Shown: piece after piece, positions 1 to 12,422 of the stretch
How positions within the stretch are numbered: the first letter of the stretch is position 1
How the letters are laid out: the number at the start of each line of letters is the position of its first letter
From: Mobula hypostoma
Lineage: Eukaryota
DNA length: 64,000 nucleotides
Assembly (NCBI RefSeq): GCF_963921235.1
Contig: NC_086097.1
Coordinates: 28,026,001-28,090,000, forward strand
Direction of reading: 5' to 3'
The notes under the pieces: model-generated
What the model was told of the DNA's origin: nothing
Database searches by the model: none
What the model saw: only the letters and a program-made list of their open reading frames with translations
Translations under genes and position numbers: made by a program

Positions 1-216
1 CTGACTCTTCCCCTTCCATCTCCTGAAGGTAATGTCTTCGGCAGTTTGAACGGGGCACAACTGCGCAAGAGTGTGAAAGTCGGCCAGTAAGACACCAGGA
101 GAGTTTAAAAAGCGAGCAGATTAACGGAGCCGGCTACAGAGTAGTGGGAGACAGAGTAGGAAGGCTTTGGCTCGAGAGGCTTCGGTGAGTTGCTCCCAGT
201 GAGGTAAGGCCAGGTC

Positions 217-255
217 TGCGCAGGCGCATGACGTCAAGAGCACGGAAGGCTTAAA
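217..255 (+). promoter_or_regulatory. Putative internal promoter of the CR1 5' end: NRF1-type motif, palindromic CRE and TATA-like element
   Basis: TGCGCAGGCGCA (217-228) directly abuts TGACGTCA (229-236), followed by cttaaaaag at about 250. Motif match only. Confidence 0.4.
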
Positions 256-3200
256 AAGAACACCACCATATCCAGCGGATAGGGCTCAGGCGGAAACGGG
301 AAGAGGCTTCCTGCGACTGTTGAGTCTCATAGTAAAGAGGTAAGTTACAGGTTTATTTATTTAGTAATAACAGCAGCATTAGAGGTATGCATCTAGGATT
401 AGAGTTGTGCTTGGAGTGCCAGATGTGGGGACCCTAGGAGACTCCCAGCCTCCCCAAGGATTACATCTGCATTGAGATGAGGCTCTTTAAGGACCATGTT
501 AGGAATCTGGAGCTGCAACTTGATGACCTTCAGCTAATTAGGGAAAGTGAGGAGGTGATTGATTATACCTATACAGAGATAGTGGACAGCATCTCTGTGA
601 CAGTCCCCCTCAGAAATCGATATATCGTTTTAGATACTGTTGGAGACGTTGACCTGACAGAGGAAGACCACAGCGAACGGGACTCTGGCACTCTGCCCAG
701 TGCCGTGATCAAGAGAGCAAGGAGAAATGCAGTAGTTACAGGGGATTCTATAATGAGGGGAACAGAGAAGAGATTCTGCTAGCCGGACAAGGATACCCGG
801 ATGGAGTGTTGCCTCCCTGGTGCCAGGGTACGGGATGTTTCAGATCGGGTCCAGAGTATTCTGAGGAGAGAGAGCGAGAAGCCAGAAGTCTTGGTACATG
901 TTAGTACCAATGACATAGACAGAAAAAGAGAGGAGGTCCCGAAGGAAGATTACTGGGAGCTAGGAAGAAAATGGAAAAGTCAGATCTCCAGAGTAATAAT
1001 CTCAGGATTACTGCCTGAGCCACGCGCTAATGAAGGTAAAAATAGCAGAATTAAGCAGATGAATGTGTGGCTAAGTAACTGGTGCAGGGGGCAAGGTTTC
1101 AAAGTCTTGGATCATTGGGATCTATTTTGGGTGAGGTATGACTTATAAAAAAAAATTATGGGTTACACCTGAACTCAAAGGGTACTAATATCCTGGCGGG
1201 ATTGTTTAATATAGCTGTTACGGAGGGTTTAAACATGTTGGCGGGGGAAGGAAACCAGGGTGTTAGGGTCAAGGAAGAGGAAAATAGAAATAAGTCAAAG
1301 ATACTGTGCAGCAAAGATGGCAAGAAGGACAGGCAGATGAATAGACAGGATAATTTGCTGAGCGATAGAAATATAGAAAAATCGGTAACAGATACTGATC
1401 TAAACGTACTGTACTTAAATGCACGCAGCATTAGAAATAAAGTGGATGACCTTGTTGTACAGCTACAGGTTAAAAGATATGACATTGTGGCCATCACTGA
1501 GTCATGGTTAAATGATGGATGCGATTGGGAGCTGAATGTCCAAGGATACACAGTGTACAGGAAAGATAGGTAGGTAAAGCGGGTAGTGTGGCCCTGATGG
1601 TAAGCAACGATATCAAATCACTAGAAAGAAGGGACATAGGATCAGAAGAGGTAGAATCCTTATGGGTCGAGTTAAGAAATAGCAAGGGTAAAAAGACACT
1701 AATAGCAGTTATATACATGCCTCCAAACAGCAGCTGGGATGTGGACTACAAGTTGCAGCTTGAAATAGAAAAGCGTATCATAAGGAAAATGTCAAGATAA
1801 TTATGGGGGATTTTAATATGAAAGTGGATTGGGGAAGTCAGGAAGGTACTGGATCTCAGAAGAGGGAGTTTATAGAATGCCTATGGGATGGCTTTTTGGA
1901 GCAGCTTATCCATAAGCCCACCAGGGGGTCGGCTGCTTTGGATTGGGTGCTGTGTAATAAACCTGAGGCGATTAGGGAGCTGGAGGTATTGGGACCCCTT
2001 GGAAGTAGTGATCATAATATGATTGAGTTCAGTTTCAAATTTGAAAAGGAGAAGCTGGTATCAGCTGTATCAATATTTCAGTGGAACAAAGGAAATTAGT
2101 GGTATGAGAGAAGAACTGGCCCAGGTAGATTGGAAAAGTAAGCTAGATGGAGGGACGGTGGAGCAGAATTGGATGAAATTCCTACAAGAAATAAGGAAAG
2201 TGCAGGAAAAATATATTCCAAGAAAAAAGAAAATAATGAATGGAAAAATGGCACAGATGTGGCTAACAAGAGAGGTTAAGGCTAAAATAAAAGCAAAAGA
2301 GACGACGTACAAGGAAGCAAAAATTAGTGGGAAAACTGAGGACTGAACGACTTTTAAAAACTTACAGAAGGAAACTAAGAAAGTCATTAGGAAAGAAAAG
2401 ATGAATTATGAAAGGAAGTTGGCAATTAACATTAAAAAAGGATACTGAGTTTTAAAAAAATATATTAAGATTAAGAGACACGGGTAAATACAGGGCCGAT
2501 TGAAAATGATGCTGGAGAAATTATAATGGGTAACAAAGAGATGGCAAAGGAACTAAATGAGTATTTTGCATCAGTCTTTACAGTGGAAGACATTAGCAAC
2601 ATATCTGATAGCCAGAGGTCTCAGGGAATAGAATTAGGTACAGTCAAGATTACTAGAGAGAAAGTGCTTGGGAAGCTAAATGGACTAAGAATTGATAAGT
2701 CTCCCGGACCAGATGAGGTGCACCCACGGGTTCTGAAGGAGGTGGCTTTGGAGATTGCGGAGGCATTGGAAATGATCTTCCAGGAATCAATAGACTCTGG
2801 CATGGTTCCGGAGGACTGGAAGGTCGCAAATGTAGTTCCGCTGTTTAAGAAAGGAGGGAGGCAGCAAAAAGAAAATTACAGACCTATTAGTCTGACATCG
2901 GTAGTTGGAAAGTCATTGGAGTCGATCCTCAAGGACGAGGTTATGAAATACCTTGAGGTGCGTGACAAGATAGGCCCAAGCCAGCATGGTTTCATGAAGG
3001 GAAGATCCTGCCTCACAAACCTATTGGAATTTTTTTGAGGTAATCTCAAATAAGATTGACAAGGGAGAAGCTGTGGATGTTATTTATTTGGATTTTCAAA
3101 AGGCCTTCAATAAGGTGCTGCATAAGAGGCATGGAATTACAGGAAAGATATTGGAACGGGTGCAGCATTGGCTGATAGGCAGAAAACAAAGGGTGGGAAT

Positions 3201-3607
3201 AAAGGGAGCCTATTCTGATTGGTTGCCGGTTACTAGTGGTGTTCCGCAGGGGGTCGGTGTTGGGGCCGCTTATTTTTACAATGTATGGTGATGATTTAGA
3301 TTATGGATTAGATGGTTTTGTGGCTAAGTTTGCGGATGACACCAAGATAGGTGGAGGTGCAGGAAGTGTTGAAGGAACGGAAAGGTTGCAGCGAGTCAGT
3401 TTAGGAGAGTGGGCAAAGAAATGGCAGATGAGATACAATGTTGAGAAATGTATGGTTGTACATTTTGGAAGAAGAAATAATCGGGCAGATTATTATTTAG
3501 ATGGGGAGAAAGTTAAAAAATTGGACATGCAAAGGGACTTGGGGGTCCTCGTGCAGGATACCCTAAAAGTTAACCACCAGGTTCGATCGCAAGGAAAGGG
3601 AATGCTA

Positions 3608-4997
3608 CATTGACGACTACATTGGTGCTGCTTCCTGCACCCATGCTGAGCTCGTCAATTTCATCAACTTTACTTCAAACTTCCACCCAGCCCTCAAATT
3701 CACTTAGTCTATCTTGGACACTTCTCTGCCCTTTATCGATGTCTCAGTCTCCATCTCTGGAGACAGACTGTCCACTGACATCTTCTACAAGTCAACTGAC
3801 TCTCATAACTACCTCGACTATAGCTCTTCCCACCCTGCCACATGCAAAAATGCTGTTTCCTATTCCCAGTTCCTCTGTCTCCGCCACATCAGCTCCCAGG
3901 ATGAGGCTTTCCGTTCTAGGACATTTCAAATGTCCTCTTTCTTTAAGGATCGTGGTTTCCCTTCTGCTGTCATCAATGATGCCCTCACCCGTATCTCCTC
4001 CATTTCCCACACTTCGGCCCTCACCCCATCCTCCCGCCACCACAACAGGGACAGAGTTCCCCTTGTCCTCACCTACCACCCCACCAGCCTCCAGATCCAG
4101 CACATTACCCTCCGCAACTTCTGCCACCTTCAACAGGACCCTACCACTAAGCACATCTTTCCCTCTCCACCCCTCTCTGCTTTCTGCAGGGATCGGTCCC
4201 TCCACGACTCCCTGATCCACACGTCCCTCCCCAGAGATCTCCCACCCGGCACTTATCCCTGTAAGCGCAAGTGCTACACCTGTCCCTACACCTCTTTTCT
4301 TGCCACCTTTCAGGGCCCCAAACAGTCCTTCCAGGTGAGACAACACTTCACTTGTGAGTCTGTTGGGGTCATCTATTGCATCCGGTGCTCCCAATGCAGC
4401 CTCCTCTACATCGGTGAAACCCAACGCAGATTGGGGGACCACTTCGTTGAGCACCTCCGCTCTGTCCACCACAACAGACAGATCTCCTGGTTGCCACCCA
4501 CTTCAACTCTGCTTCCCATTCGGATATGTCCATACATGGCCTCCTCTACTGCCATGATGAGGCTAAACTCAGGTTGGAGGAGCAACACCTCATATACCGT
4601 CTAGGTAGTCTCCAGCCCCTTGGTATGAACATAGAATTTTTCAACTTCCAGTAATTCCCTCCCCCTATCCCTATTTCACTCTACCCCCTCCCCCAGCTGC
4701 CTATCACCTCCCTCATGGTTCCGCCTCTTTCTACTATCCATTGTGTTTTCCCCTATTCCTCCTTCACCTTTCCTGCCTATCACCTCCTTGCTTCCCCTCC
4801 CCCACCCCTTTATCTCTCCCCTTACTGGTTTTTCACCTGGCACCTACCAGCCTTCTCCTTCCCACCCTCCCCGCACCTTCTTTATAGGGCCTCTGCCCCT
4901 TCCCTCTTCAGTCCTGACAAAGGGTTCTGGCCCGAAACGTTGACTGATCGCTTCCACGGATGCTGCCTGACCTGCTGAGTTCCTCCAGCGTGTTGTG
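3608..4997 (+). mobile_element. 5'-truncated Penelope-like element (RT C-terminus, GIY-YIG endonuclease, 3' pLTR) nested in CR1 ORF2
   Basis: Begins at the YIDD motif. ORF 3714-4604 carries VIYCIRC...LYIGET. 16-bp TSD AGGAAAGGGAATGCTA at 3592-3607 and 4998-5013. Confidence 0.93.
4908..4947 (+). ncRNA. Minimal type I hammerhead ribozyme, core variant CUGACAA
   Basis: tcagtc-CTGACAA-agggttctggccc-GAAA-cgtt-gactga; 6-bp stem I; core G8 changed to A. Confidence 0.65.
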
Positions 4998-5654
4998 AGG
5001 AAAGGGAATGCTATGTTGGCATTCATTTCAAGAGGAATAGTGTATAAGAGTAAGGAGGTGTTGATGAGGCTCCATGGGGCACTGGTGAGACCTCATTTGG
5101 AATACTGTGTGCAGTTCTGGGCCCTATCTTAGAAGGGATGTTCTGATGTTGGAGAGAGTTCAGAGAAGATTTACGAGGATAATTCCCGGAATGCAGGGGC
5201 TAACATATGAGAAGTGTTTGTCAGCTCTTGGACTGTTTTCAATAGAGTATAGAAGAATAAGAGGGGATCTCATAGAAATATTTCAAATGTTGAAAGGGTT
5301 GGACAGAGTAGATGTGGAAAGGCTGTTTCCCTTGGTGGGCGAGTCCAGGACAACAGGCCACAGTCTTAGAATTAGAGGGTACCAATTTAAAACAGAGATG
5401 AGGAGAAATTTGTTAGCCAGAGGGTCGTGGATTTATGGAATTCGTTGCCATGTACAGCTGTGGAGGCCCAATCATTGAGGGTGTTTAAGGAGGAGATTGA
5501 TAGGTATCTAATTAAACAGGGTATCAAGGGATATGTGGAAAAAGCTGGAAATTGAAACTAGATGGGAGAATAGTTTAGCTCATGGTGGAGTGGTGGAGCA
5601 GACTCCATGGGCCAAATAGCCTACTTCTGCTCCTTTGTCTTGTGATCTCGTGAC

Positions 5655-6090
5655 TGTTATCCACTTACATGTCTCCCAAGGCCCCAGTGTGACTATTTGC
5701 CTATAGCTCCTATCTATCACCTCCTCACTTTCCCTGACCAGAAGGTGGTCATCGAGCTGAGTCTCCAGTTCTCTAACTCAGTCTCCAAGGAGCTGCAGCT
5801 TAACGCAACTGGCACAGATATGGCTGTCCGACACCCAGTACAGAACACCAGCCTTGCAGACATGCTTCCTATTCTTCACAAGTAACTTGCCTCGCCTTGA
5901 CCCTTTACTCTAACTCCCCCCTACTCTGACATCCAATCTATAAAACTGTCTTTTTATATTCTTCCCACCGGTCTAACTCGCCTGTTCAGTCATGCCTCGA
6001 ACAAACTGCTGAAGGAAAAATGCTCTCCTTTTAAATTCTTCCCACCGGTCTAACTCGCTGACGTCCATGCACCTACTCAGTCATGCCTCG
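5655..6090 (-). mobile_element. CR1 5'UTR/ORF1 N-terminal fragment
   Basis: Minus-strand translation HICASCVKLQLL..VRELETQLDDHLLVRESEEVIDRSY is homologous to ORF1 at 477-600. Confidence 0.75.
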
Positions 6091-6591
6091 GTTGGAAGTG
6101 TTTAGCTCAGCCTCTGATATTCTGGGGAACGGTGTTCTTGCAGCTCTCTTTTTATCCATTTATACTGGGTGTAGTAGAGCTTTCAGATGATCTGCTGACT
6201 GGAATCTCTGCTTTATCAGCTACCTGCAGATTTTTGTGTTTAGTGCATATGCAATCCTGTCCTGCAGTTCAGCCAAATTTTTAAGTGCATCTGGTGTTGC
6301 TTTAGACATGTTTTTCCGATATTGTTAATTCTCTAGGCTTGAAGGCATTGTCAGAGCAACATTTATGCCAAGCTGTGTAGTTATAGATGGAGGCAGAAAA
6401 AGTGTGGACCTTGGCCCGCAGGGCCTCAGAGGACTGGTTTTAAACTGCCATATCTGCTCTAAATCATTTCCAATTAACACAATAGTGGTGCCATATAACA
6501 AGGCCAGCTTTTTTTTAAATAAAAGTATGAAGGACTATGTCAAGTACTATGACAAGAGATTATTTAGTGGAAACAATTCAATACTGAAAGG

Positions 6592-7951
6592 CAAAGAACA
6601 GGAATTCTGCAGATGCTGGAAATTCAAGCAACATACATCAAAGTTGTTGGTGAACGCAGCAGGCCAGGCAGCATCTATAGGAAGAGGCGCAGTCGACGTT
6701 TCAGGCCGAGACCCTTCGTCAGGACTAACTGAAGGAAGAGTGAGTAAGGGATTTGAAAGCTGGAGGGGGAGGGGGAGATCCAAAATGATAGGAGAAGACA
6801 GGAGGGGGAGGGATAGAGCCGAGAGCTGGACAGGTGATAGGCAAAAGGGGATACGAGAGGATCATGGGACAGGAGGTCCAGGAAGAAAGACAAGGGGGGG
6901 GGGTGACCCAGAGGATGGGCAAGAGGTATATTCAGAGGGACAGAGGGAGAAAAAGGAGAGTGAGAGAAAGAATGTGTGCATAAAAATGAGTAACAGATGG
7001 GGTATGAGGGGGAGGTGGGGCCTAGCGGAAGTTAGAGAAGTCGATGTTCATGCCATCAGGTTGGAGGCTACCCAGACGGAATATAAGGTGTTGTTCCTCC
7101 AACCTGAGTGTGGCTTCATCTTTACAGTAGAGGAGGCCGTGGATAGACATGTCAGAATGGGAATGGGATGTGGAATTAAAATGTGTGGCCACAGAGCGTA
7201 GATGTTCAGCAAAGCGGTCTCCCAGTCTGCGTCGGGTCTCACCAATATATAAAAGGCCACATCGGGAGCACCGGACGCAGTATATCACCCCAGTCGACTC
7301 ACAGGTGAAGTGATGCCTCACCTGGAAGGACTGTTTGGGGCCCTGAATGGTGGTAAGGGAGGAAGTGTAAGGGCATGTGTAGCACTTGTTCCGCTTACAC
7401 GGATAAGTGCCAGGAGGGAGATCAGTGGGGAGGGATGGGGGGGACGAATGGACAAGGGAGTTGTGTAGGGAGCGATCCCTGCGGAATACAGAGAGAGGGG
7501 GGGAGGGAAAGATGTGCTTAGTGGTGGGATCCCGTTGGAGGTGGCGGAAGTTACGGAGAATAATATGTTGGACCCGGAGGCTGGTGGGGTGGTAGGTGAG
7601 GACCAGGGGAACCCTATTCCTAGTGGGGTGGCGGGAGGATGGAGTGAGAGCAGATGTACGTGAAATGGGGGAGATGCGTTTAAGAGCAGAGTTGATAGTG
7701 GAGGAAGGGAAGCCCCTTTCTTTAAAAAAATGAAGACATCTCCCTCGTCCTAGAATGAAAAGCCTCATCCTGACAGCAGATGCGGCGGAGACGGAGGAAT
7801 TGCGAGAAGGGGATGGCGTTTTTGCAAGAGACAGGGTGAGAAGAGGAATAGTCCAGATAGCTGTGAGAGTCAGTAGGCTTATAGTAGACATCAGTGGATA
7901 AGCTGTCTCCAGAGACAGAGACAGAAAGATCTAGAAAGGGGAGGGAGGTTT
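6592..7951 (-). mobile_element. 5'-truncated Penelope-like element with GIY-YIG domain and pLTR
   Basis: ORF 7022-7891 carries VIYCVRCSRCGLLYIGETRRRLGDRFAEHL. 10-bp TSD TACTGAAAGG at 6582-6591 and 7952-7961. Confidence 0.93.
6691..6726 (-). ncRNA. Minimal type I hammerhead ribozyme
   Basis: Minus strand reads agtc-CTGACGA-agggtctcggcct-GAAA-cgtc-gact; intact core with GUC cleavage triplet. Confidence 0.8.
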
Positions 7952-8109
7952 TACTGAAAGGAACTTTTTTCTATTTTGAAAGAAGGTGATTATCTGAAAA
8001 TACTGAAATCAATATTAAATCTGGAAGATACAGTGTATGATGGGTTGGTGAAACAAATCCAAGCAACGAAAAGCTCATGACCAAGGCAAACATCACCATC
8101 TTTTTCTCA

Positions 8110-8370
8110 GGAAGGCAGGGGTACCAAAAACAAGAGGGTAAAGGTTTGAGGTCAGAGGGGAGAGATTTTAAATAGACATTAGGGGCAACATCTTCATGTA
8201 AGGGTAGTACGTATTTGGAATGAGCTGCCAGGAAAAGTAGTTGAAATTAGCATATTTATAACATTTAAAAGTGTACAGGGCTATGGGTCAAACTCAGACA
8301 GATGGGATTTGCTCACTGGGCAATGTAGTCATCATGATCAAGTTGGGCTGAAAGGCCTGGTTCCATATTG
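8110..8370 (+). mobile_element. CR1 3' tail fragment
   Basis: Similar to other CR1 3' ends in the window (aaaacaagaggg...aggtcagaggggagagattt...tggaatgagctgccag). Confidence 0.7.
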
Positions 8371-8509
8371 TGCAACTTTGACCGCAGACACAATGGAAGT
8401 GTTCCACAAGTCAGTTACTGGTCTTCTGTTTAATACACCGCTCCAACACAGCACATTATTTTCCAACTAGACAATGCAAGAGCATTCCAGAGAGTCAATA
8501 ATTCCAATA

Positions 8510-8800
8510 TTCAGAGATACAAGAGACTGCAGATGCTGGAATGCATGATGTTGAGAGAACCTAGCCTGTCAGGCAGCATCCAGAGGAAAATAGTCAGTCA
8601 TCCTTTCAGATGAGGCCTTTCTGATCTGAAAGATACAGGGAAGATAACAACTATAAAAGGTGGCAAGAAGAGGTACAGGAAGAGCAGGCAGGTGATGGAT
8701 GGATTCAGTTGAAGAGGGGTAATTGGCAGATGAATAGAAAATAGGAACCTCACCAAAAGCTGGGAAGTAATTGGTGTAAGTTGTAAAAGGCTGGATTTCA
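8510..8800 (-). mobile_element. Decayed Penelope pLTR fragment
   Basis: ctgcagatgctgga...caggcagcatc followed by a purine-rich tract, as in the copy at 6600-6850. Confidence 0.6.
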
Positions 8801-8824
8801 AAGTTCAAAGTAAATTTATCAAAA

Positions 8825-8884
8825 TATATGTGTGTGTGTGTGTGTCTATATATATATGTGTGTGTATGTGTGTATGTGTATGTA

Positions 8885-8932
<48 letters not shown>

Positions 8933-8970
8933 TATATACATACACATTATATATTATATACACACACACA
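8825..8970. repeat. Compound (TG)n/(TA)n/(CA)n microsatellite
   Basis: Directly visible. Confidence 0.95.
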
Positions 8971-9003
8971 CTGCATGTTTATTTGCTTAATTATTTAGAG
9001 ATA

Positions 9004-9626
9004 CGCGGGGTGATTGATAAGTTTGCGGCCTAAGGTAGAAGGAGTCAATTTTAGAAAACCTAGCACATTTATTTTTCAATGTAGTCCCCTCCTACATTTA
9101 CACACTTAGTCCAGTGGTCGTGGAGCATACGGATCCCTTCTTTGTAGAAATGGTCCACAGCAGGGGTGATTGATAAGTTTGTGGCCTAAGATAGAACAAG
9201 ATGAGTTATTAACTTCAAACTTTCTGCATTATCACTCAAAGAGTTGAACTGCACGTGCATGTCATGAGAATGTCTTGGACCTCCAGGTGGTCCACAGCAG
9301 GGGTGATTGATAAGTTAGTGGCCTAAGGTGGAAGGAGTGAGCTATACAGCTCTCATTACATGCACATGCAGTTCAACTCTTTGAGTGATTATGCAGAAAG
9401 TTTGAAGTTAATAGCTCATCTCCTTCTACCTTAGGCCACAAACTTATCAATCACCCCTGCTGTGGACCACTTTCTGGAGGTCCAAGATGCCGACTTCTAC
9501 AAAGAAGGGATTCGCATGCTCCACAACCACTGGACTAAGTGTGTAAATGTAGGAAAAATAAATATGCTAGGTTTTCTAAAATTGACTCTTTTTACCTTAG
9601 GTCACAAACTTATCAATCGCTCCTTG
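9004..9626. mobile_element. Mariner-derived foldback MITE
   Basis: TA TSDs at 9002-3 and 9627-8. Terminal IR cgcggggtgattgataagtttg / cacaaacttatcaatcgctccttg. Mariner transposase C-terminus FYKEGIRMLHDHWTKCVNVGGDYIEK* on the minus strand at about 9069-9149, with a partial plus-strand copy at about 9470-9555. Confidence 0.85.
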
Positions 9627-10359
9627 TACAATGCAGGATAAGCCCTTCTGGCCAAATGAGCCGTGCCACCCTGCAACCTACTTAACACTACCAAATACTA
9701 TCCAGCGATTCATTTTCTTGCAGGCATTTACAGTAGAACAAGGAAATACAATATAATCATTGATAGTAAGGTAACCAATGTACAAAAGACAAACTGCAAA
9801 TGCAAAAAGTAAATAAGTAATACTGAAAACTCCAGTAGTGAGTCCATAAGTTGTGTTCAGTGATCAGTTCAATGTTGTGGAGAGTAAAGTTGTCAAAGCT
9901 GGTTCAGGCACCTGATGGTTGAAGGGTAATCATCTTCCATCCGTTTATCTCCAGGATCTCAACTGTAGATGTCCATTTCCCACCATTGTTGCTGCCTGAC
10001 CGGCTGAGTTCCCCAGCATCTTGCGTGGAATGCTAATGTTCAGTAGGTTCAGATAATTATTCTGCTTTCTCCTTTGCAGTGAATAACAAATGGTAGGGCT
10101 ACAGGATGCCAGAGGCCAAGTTCCCAAAGAATCCTTTGTTATGCAAAAATTCATTTTGCTACTGTAAGCAACTTTCACAGGGGATTCCTGTCCTCATGAA
10201 TATTCAGAAGTCAGAAGCCAGTCAATCTCCTCCCATACAGGTTTAGTACATCAAAACCACACCACGCTTGTTTTGACAAGATGAAATAAACTGAAACTTA
10301 CAAGTCATTCACCCACTGTCTATTTTTATCAGCAAATAAAGCTGCAACAATCTAAAACA

Positions 10360-11160
10360 GAAATGCTGAAAGAACCCAGCATTCGTGGGAAAAGAAACTG
10401 AAGAGGTAAGAGGCCAGAATGGGGAACAGAAGAGGGGAGGGGGCAGGAATATTTTTCACTTTGTCAGGAAGGAGGGATCGATAATCATGCCATCAAGTTG
10501 GAGGCTACCCAGACAGAATACAAGGTGTTGCTCCTCCACCCTGAGGGTGGCCTCATCATGGTACAAGAAGAGGCTATGGACCAACAGGTCAGAACGGGAA
10601 TAGGAATCAGAATTAAAATGTTGGGTCACTGGGAAATTCTACTTTTGGCAGTTAGAGCAGAGGTACTCAATGAAGTGCTCCCCCAATTTACAATGGGTCT
10701 CGCCAATGGAGAGGAGGCCACATCAGGAGCACCGGATACAATAGACAACCCCAGCAGATTTGCAGTAAAGTGTTGCCTCACTTGGAAGGATGATTGGGGC
10801 CTTGAATGGAGGCGAGGGAGGAGGTGAATGGGCAGGGATATCACTTTGGTTGCTTGCAGGAATAAGTGCCGAGAGGGAGATTAGTGGGGAGGAACAAATG
10901 GACAAAAGAATCATGGAGGGAGAAATCCCTGCAGAAAGTGGAGATATTTTTTGGGGGGGGGGGAGGGCGAAGAGGTAAAGACGAGCTTATTGGTAGGATT
11001 CCTTTGGAGATGAAAGTTGCAAAGAATAATTTGTTGGATATGGAGGTTCATGGGGTGGTAGGTAAGGGCAAGATGAACTCTATCCCCGTTAAGGTGGCGG
11101 GAAGATTGGGTGAGTGTGGATGCTCGGGAAATGGAGGAGATGCAGGTGACAACAGCATCA
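10360..11160 (-). mobile_element. Decayed Penelope-like element fragment
   Basis: Homologous to 6950-7700 (QSSFQVRQHFT, GVVYCIRC). Confidence 0.8.
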
Positions 11161-11309
11161 ATGATGTTTTCTGTGACAGCAGCAACTACATTTCAAACAA
11201 GGAAAGCAGTATACTAGAAATTCCAGTTACTGTTTTACTTGGAATGACTATTGATTCCCCAGACAGTGGGTAGTAAATGGGTGAATGGACAGGTATTGCA
11301 TCTCCTCTT

Positions 11310-11960
11310 AAGATCAAGAATCAAAATCAGGTTTAATATCACTAGCAGATGTCACGAAAGTTGCTGTTTTGCAACAACAGTAGAGTGCAATACATAATAA
11401 AAACAACTATCAATTACAGTTTAAAAATATATAATTAAATAAGTAGTGTAAAAAGCAAGAAAAAAATAGTGAGGTCGTATACATGGGTTCAAAGTCCATT
11501 CAGAAATTTGAAGGCAGTGGGGAAGAAGCTGTTCCTAACAAGTTGGATGTGCGCCTTCAGGCTCCTGTATCTCCTCCCTGATGGCAACAATGAGAAGGCA
11601 AGTCCTGGGTGATAGGGGTCCTTAATAATGGATGCTGCCTTTTAAAGATGTCCTTGATGCTGAAGAGGCTAGTGCCCATGATGGTACTGGCTGAGTTTGC
11701 AACTTCCTGCAGCTTTTTCTGATCCTGTGTAGTGGCCCCTCCATACCAGACAGTGAAGCAGCCAGTTAGAATGCTCTCCATGAAGCACTTATAGAAAATT
11801 GCTCTTGTAGAAAGTCTTTGATAACATAACAAATCTCTTCAAACTCCTAATGAAATATAGCCACTGTCATGCATTCTTTGTAATTGCGTCAATCTGGTGG
11901 GCCCAGGATAGATCTTCAGAGATGTTGACAAAGGAACTTGAAACCACTCACCATTTCCAA
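11310..11960 (-). mobile_element. Rex1/Babar-type LINE 3' fragment
   Basis: ORF 11557-11832 FYKCFMESILTGCFTVWYG...KKLQ is the typical Rex1 RT C-terminal extension, followed by a short-repeat tail. Confidence 0.75.
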
Positions 11961-12422
11961 TGCTATGCTTCCCTGTGTGCTTCAAAATCCTTAGCATTTT
12001 ACTGTCAACATTTAAAACTTGTTATAATTTGCTGCATTTAGCAGCTCACACTCAGCAAATAAAGGCCCACCTTCCATTAAACTACTGAGACAGTCACAAC
12101 CCTACATAAGTCTAAGACATAACGGTATCTGAAATTTTGTTCATCTTTTACCAGACATTTCCAAACTGATCAACTCCTGCCCTGGCATATTCCATACCAA
12201 CTCGAATGTAACATCCAAAGCACTACACTTCAGATTTGTCGCAGCAAAAGAAAAATATCTGTTGGAGGAAGTCAGCGAGTTCTAAATTTCCCATTTTCTC
12301 CTCATTCTCCTTTTATTGGTTGAATAAAGGCAAGTAAAATATTTCAGATCCTTCTGTAATAGTTTGTTATTAAAACTCACAGTGCTGTATAAAATTGACA
12401 AAACTAATATTTTTCCACTTAC

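Larger units (their letters stand above)
205..5653 (+). mobile_element. Near full-length decayed CR1-clade LINE: ORF1 (SGNH/esterase-like) and ORF2 (APE endonuclease + RT), interrupted by a Penelope insertion
   Basis: ORF1 fragments from ATG 387 include GDSIMRG...CLPGARVRDV...VHVSTND. ORF2 fragments include LYLNARSI, VAITESW, GDFN, SDH, NYRPISLTS, YLDFQKAF and KFADDTK. A CR1-type 3' tail ends at about 5653. Many stops and frameshifts. Confidence 0.93.

Noticed and set aside
6365..7201. 278-aa plus-strand ORF
   Set aside because: It runs from unique DNA into the antisense strand of a Penelope element; no recognisable protein.
8569..9033. ORFs rich in CV/YI/TH dipeptides
   Set aside because: Microsatellite translations.
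9004..9626. Regularly recurring ~30-bp repeats resembling a CRISPR array
   Set aside because: The repeats occur in both orientations with non-unique spacers, are mariner TIRs, and lie in eukaryotic DNA with no cas genes.
10065..10240. Strong-looking plus-strand acceptor tttctcctttgcag
   Set aside because: All three frames hit early stops, and it is opposite to the host gene.
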